Source of the DNA: Sulfurospirillaceae bacterium
GTDB taxonomy: Bacteria > Campylobacterota > Campylobacteria > Campylobacterales > Sulfurospirillaceae
Direction of reading: 5' to 3'
Length of the DNA stretch: 64,000 nt
NCBI GenBank assembly: GCA_033723415.1
Contig: JAWVXD010000007.1
Location: forward strand, 32,001-96,000
The translations under genes and the position numbers were made by a program. Shown here one piece after another: positions 59,985 to 64,000 of the stretch. Positions within the stretch are counted from its first letter, which is position 1; each line of letters opens with the position of its first letter. Under the pieces are notes generated by a model. That model saw only the letters and a list, made by a program, of their open reading frames with translations, had not been told where the DNA came from and searched no databases.

Positions 59985-61090
59985 CTAGTCTCTTTTTTAA
60001 GTAAAAATAGCCCAAGCAAATATAATACAACTGCGTAAGCGCATAAAAATACAAGATATGTAACAACTTTGGACGAGCTAAAACCCTGACCTATCAAAAA
60101 TGCATCATAAACAATATGATTATAATACATAACAGGATAAATATGAGCTATAATATAAGCGCTCCCACTCATAGAACTGATGGGCATAAGCATTCCAGAA
60201 TATAAAAATCCCGGCAAGATCGTAAACATCAAACTCAAAATTACAGCTACTATCTGTGAAGATGCGATTATAGAAACCAAAAGTCCAAAACACAATGATA
60301 TCATGATATAAACTTCGCTGCTAAGCCAATATAGAAAGAAACTGCCCCTAAAAGGCAAGTTGAACAAATACGATGCTACTAGGAAGAGTATAAAGATATT
60401 TAAGGTTTGAAGGCAAAATACAGATGATAGTTTTGCACTCAAAAATTCTTGCTTTGTAACGCTTGATGAGTAAAAATTAAAAATAGTACCTTTTTCTTTT
60501 TCTCTTGCTATTAAGAGTGCGGTCAATATAGCCGGTGAAACAAATAACACTAATCCCAAAAGTCCAGGTACCACCATCTCTGCATCTCTTAGCGATTGAT
60601 TAAACATGTTTCTCGTGTCTAGGCTGATAGAATTTGGTTTGACCATCTTAAAATCGTCTGCCAACGAAAATACCACACCTTGGATATAAGCATCTATCGT
60701 AGAAGCACGAGAGGGAAATGATCCATCCACAAATACGCCCAACTCGCTTTTATATCCTTTCAAAACATTTTTTTCAAAAGAGGAAGGTATGATGATCACA
60801 ACATCTTCTTTGGCTTTTTTGATAAGCTCCATTGCTTGTTTTTCACTGAGATTTAAAACACTTGAATTAAAATATTTTGAATGTTCAAACTTTGATATCA
60901 GCGTTCTAGAAATATTTGAATTATCGTGGTCTATTATCAAAACTCTAGCTCCGGTTACTTGCATCTTTATACCAAATCCAAACAAAACAACGATGATGAG
61001 CGGCATCAATAAAGGCATCAATATCACTCTAGTTCTGATAAGTTCCAAAATTTCTTTTATAAAATATGCTTTTATGACTCTAAGTCTCAT
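59981..61090 (-). CDS. ABC-2 type exporter permease (YbhS-like)
   Basis: VPGL, AREKEKGT, YSGMLMPI. Confidence 0.9.
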   Translation of the reverse strand: MRLRVIKAYFIKEILELIRTRVILMPLLMPLIIVVLFGFGIKMQVTGARVLIIDHDNSNISRTLISKFEHSKYFNSSVLNLSEKQAMELIKKAKEDVVIIIPSSFEKNVLKGYKSELGVFVDGSFPSRASTIDAYIQGVVFSLADDFKMVKPNSISLDTRNMFNQSLRDAEMVVPGLLGLVLFVSPAILTALLIAREKEKGTIFNFYSSSVTKQEFLSAKLSSVFCLQTLNIFILFLVASYLFNLPFRGSFFLYWLSSEVYIMISLCFGLLVSIIASSQIVAVILSLMFTILPGFLYSGMLMPISSMSGSAYIIAHIYPVMYYNHIVYDAFLIGQGFSSSKVVTYLVFLCAYAVVLYLLGLFLLKKETR

Positions 61091-62714
61091 CCGGGACTAC
61101 CTTATAATAATCTAAAAATATATTTTCAAAATCTTTTGCTTCAGGATGCTTTTTATAAAGTTCTTTTACACTGTCATCAGCTATTTTTTCTCCATCTTTT
61201 AGAAGAACGACTCTATCACAATATTCCGCCTCGCTCATGTAGTGAGTCGTAATCAAGATAGATATGTTTCTATTTTTCTTCAAAATATCAAGAAGCTCCC
61301 AAAACTGAGCTCTGGCTATCGCATCGACCCCGCTTGTAGGCTCATCCAAGAAAAGGACTACTGGATCATGTAAAAGAGCAACCGAGAGTGAAAATCTTTG
61401 ATTTATGCCAAGAGGGAGATCTTTTGGCATATCATCTAAGTATTTGTCAAATCCCAATTCTTTCGAATATTTTTCGATCAATCCAAGGGCTGTTTCTCTT
61501 TTGATTTTATGCATAGAAGAAAAGAAAAGCATATTTTCTTTGACACTCATATCATTATAAAGAGCAAAATGCTGACTTACATATCCTATCTTCTCTTTTA
61601 ATTCTATTCTATCTTCTATATTTTTGATATTTTTGTTTAGTAAAAACAATTCACCTGAGTCTATAGGAATAAGTCCTAGCAACATCTTTATAAAAGTTGT
61701 TTTACCTGCTCCATTTGCACCTAAAAGTCCAAGTATTTCTCCTCTTCTTAGCTCCAAATCAATATCTTTGTTGGCTACAAAATTCCCAAAAACCTTGGTT
61801 AATTTACTTGCCCTCATAACAACACTGTCCATATTTTGATTAGTATGGTTTTTAGAAATTTCCAATTTTGGCAATAGTGTGTTTTTTTTCAAAGCATTTG
61901 TAAAAAAAAGTGCTTCAAGAGTTGGTTTTTTATGTGTCGTTTGCAGTACCTTTAAAGAATAAGTCGTATCAAGAACCGTAATAATAGAATCAGAATCATC
62001 TTCTACTTTTTCATATACAAAAGGCTCTACAAGTGCTAACAACTCTTTGTTATTACCTTTTGCTATAACTTCACCGTTATCAAATAAAAGGATTTGATCC
62101 ATCTTGGAAGCTTCTTGCATATAGGCCGTACTGATGATAGAGATCGTTCCAAAATCTTGGGAGTTTTGTTTCAATATCTTCCATAATTCAAGTCGACTCA
62201 ATGGATCTACCCCGGTTGTAGGCTCATCTAAAATCAGTAAAGAAGGTCGATGCAGCATTGTACAAACTAGTGAGAGTTTTTGCATCATCCCTCCACTTAG
62301 GTTTTCCACCCTCCTTTCTAAAAACTTTTCTAATCCTGCCATGACTAACAAATGCTCTTTGTAATCTATAAAATCTTTATCAATCTTGATGTTTTTTATA
62401 TCAGTAAAAAAGTTCAAATGCTCTTGCACACTTAATGTATTGTATAAAACAAGTCCGATACCTTGAGGCATATAGCCGATATTTACTTTAATTTTTTCTG
62501 ATTCTTTGGGACTTGTAAAAGTTGTATCTTTATATGTTATACTGCCGCTAAAATCAATGACTCCGGCAATTGCATTTAGAGCGGAACTTTTACCTGCACC
62601 ATCTGCTCCTATAAAACCTATAATATCACCGGTATTAGCTTCAAAATTTAGTTTATGTATAGCAGTCTTTTTTTTATGTTCTACTTTTAAATCCCGAATA
62701 CTAAGGGTAGCCAT
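61080..62714 (-). CDS. Double-domain ABC ATPase (YbhF/RbbA-like)
   Basis: GADGAGKS/LSGGM/LDEPTTGVDP and GANGAGKT/LPLG/LDEPTSGVD. Confidence 0.92.
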   Translation of the reverse strand: MATLSIRDLKVEHKKKTAIHKLNFEANTGDIIGFIGADGAGKSSALNAIAGVIDFSGSITYKDTTFTSPKESEKIKVNIGYMPQGIGLVLYNTLSVQEHLNFFTDIKNIKIDKDFIDYKEHLLVMAGLEKFLERRVENLSGGMMQKLSLVCTMLHRPSLLILDEPTTGVDPLSRLELWKILKQNSQDFGTISIISTAYMQEASKMDQILLFDNGEVIAKGNNKELLALVEPFVYEKVEDDSDSIITVLDTTYSLKVLQTTHKKPTLEALFFTNALKKNTLLPKLEISKNHTNQNMDSVVMRASKLTKVFGNFVANKDIDLELRRGEILGLLGANGAGKTTFIKMLLGLIPIDSGELFLLNKNIKNIEDRIELKEKIGYVSQHFALYNDMSVKENMLFFSSMHKIKRETALGLIEKYSKELGFDKYLDDMPKDLPLGINQRFSLSVALLHDPVVLFLDEPTSGVDAIARAQFWELLDILKKNRNISILITTHYMSEAEYCDRVVLLKDGEKIADDSVKELYKKHPEAKDFENIFLDYYKVVPDET

Positions 62715-62717
62715 ATC

Positions 62718-63920
62718 CTATATCTTTGGAATATCATTTAAACTTTTTGGCAATATTGCACCGTCTATACTCACAACACCGATAGCAGGAATTCCCAATT
62801 TTAAGATAGGGTTATATTTGAGAGGTCTTACATGAATAGCATATACTCTTTGTATTCTATCACTTCTTACGCTGACATCTTTAGGCGTAAACTCAGCTTT
62901 TGCTGCAATTGCAGTGACAGTAGCGGGAATAGGTTTATTTGGATAAGCATCCAAAAAGATAACAGCCTTATCACCTAATTTGATCCTTCCGTTATCCATA
63001 GTATCAATAAATAATTTAAGATAGTAACTATTTGTATCACTAACGGTAACAACCACGCTTCCGGCTCCTACTACTTCTCCTTCATTTGCTATTTTTTCTA
63101 CCACAAATCCATTGACGGGAGATTTTATAGTCAATTCATCTATCATGGCTTGAACTTCATCCTTGGATGCTGCTAGCTGACTTATTTTATTTCCAAGAGA
63201 AGAATATTTTGTTTGTGATACTGTTATATTTTGTTTTGATATATTGATCTTTTCTAGATTATCTTGTTCGATCTCTAGTAAACTTTGAGCAATATTAATA
63301 TCATTTAGGATTTTTTCTCGCCCTATTTTCAATGTTTTAAGTTCATTTGCAGTAGTTTTATACTTTAACTCCTGCAATTCAAATCTTTCATCGCTTATCA
63401 TTTTGGACGCATACAGCTTTCTATATCGTTTATAATCTTTTTTGTCCTGTTCAAAGCCAAGATTTAGTTTTGATATCTGTAAATTAAAACTTGCAAGTCT
63501 ATTTTTTAAATTTTTTAAATTTTCTGTTTTTATCGCTACGAGTTTCGGTAGTGTTTTTTCTAGTAGTTTTAAAGAAAGTTGCTGTGAATCGATAGACTGC
63601 AAAAATGACAATCTCTCTTTGCGTAGGCTCAAAATCGCTTCTTCAATACTGGATTTTTTATTGTATAACTCTTTTGATCTCAGCTTTGCTATATCTTCTC
63701 CAACCCTTATAGAATCTCCCTCCTTAACATAAATCTTGCTGACTCTGGCAGGATATTTCGTATTTAATAAAATTAGATCACCATCTATCCTACCACTACT
63801 AGCAATGAGATTTTCAGGCAACTTTTTGGGATTTATTTTCACATAAATAAAATATGCCGAGACAACCAATAATAAAAAAACGATAACAAAACCGATGTAC
63901 TTTTTTACTACATTTAACAT
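62718..63920 (-). CDS. HlyD-family periplasmic adaptor (YbhG/YhiI-like)
   Basis: N-terminal TM, SGRIDG, coiled coil, IKSPVNG, AEFTPK. Confidence 0.92.
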   Translation of the reverse strand: MLNVVKKYIGFVIVFLLLVVSAYFIYVKINPKKLPENLIASSGRIDGDLILLNTKYPARVSKIYVKEGDSIRVGEDIAKLRSKELYNKKSSIEEAILSLRKERLSFLQSIDSQQLSLKLLEKTLPKLVAIKTENLKNLKNRLASFNLQISKLNLGFEQDKKDYKRYRKLYASKMISDERFELQELKYKTTANELKTLKIGREKILNDINIAQSLLEIEQDNLEKINISKQNITVSQTKYSSLGNKISQLAASKDEVQAMIDELTIKSPVNGFVVEKIANEGEVVGAGSVVVTVSDTNSYYLKLFIDTMDNGRIKLGDKAVIFLDAYPNKPIPATVTAIAAKAEFTPKDVSVRSDRIQRVYAIHVRPLKYNPILKLGIPAIGVVSIDGAILPKSLNDIPKI

Positions 63921-63922
63921 AC

Positions 63923-64000
63923 TTATCCTTTGGAAGTTAGTCTGTCAATCTCACTTTTAGTTATTTCTCTTCCTAATTTTATCATATCTTTTGCTTTATC
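63923..64000 (-). CDS. C-terminal end of an upstream ORF (possibly patatin-like), truncated by window end
   Basis: Reads DKAKDMIKLGREITKSEIDRLTSKG*; its AAAGGA supplies the SD of the next gene; product is a guess. Confidence 0.4.
   Translation of the reverse strand, partial: DKAKDMIKLGREITKSEIDRLTSKG

Noticed and set aside
1..64000. Phase-variable poly-G/C tracts, selenocysteine recoding, rRNA/tRNA genes, IS elements
   Set aside because: No long G/C homopolymer seen, the redox enzymes have Cys codons and uninterrupted frames, and the short intergenic gaps show no such elements.

Overview
AT-rich chromosomal window from a Campylobacterota (Epsilonproteobacteria) bacterium. The taxon is inferred from the gene orders aroQ-pepP-folK-flhF-flhG-orf-fliA-fliM-fliY, mqnF-sppA and M23-lpxC-tsaB-thrB-ylxR-infB-rbfA-rimP-ribD, and from TGnTATAAT promoters. 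Most of the window is housekeeping genes. Accessory blocks: (i) the end of a group 4 (Ech/Coo-type) [NiFe]-hydrogenase operon; (ii) two Crp/Fnr modules, each with a TG(T/C)AAC-N4-GT(T/A)(A/G)CA box at class II activation distance, one before a pair of Hsp20 genes and one before DUF2892-Crp-nitroreductase; (iii) an orphan StbB-like ATPase; (iv) a heme-c + PilZ chemoreceptor; (v) two tandem repeat-rich autotransporters followed by a lipoprotein alpha/beta-hydrolase, with a decayed copy of the hydrolase 5' end between the autotransporters, indicating that autotransporter plus hydrolase duplicated as a unit (my best candidate for an undescribed system); (vi) a ttrBCA-like Mo-enzyme operon with a non-canonical OmpR-type two-component system and a visible tandem operator; (vii) an ABC exporter / P3A H+-ATPase / ppk2 / DUF4010 / cytochrome c' cluster. 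I saw no rRNA, tRNA, CRISPR array, transposase or integrase. All calls come from reading motifs by eye; no database search was run.
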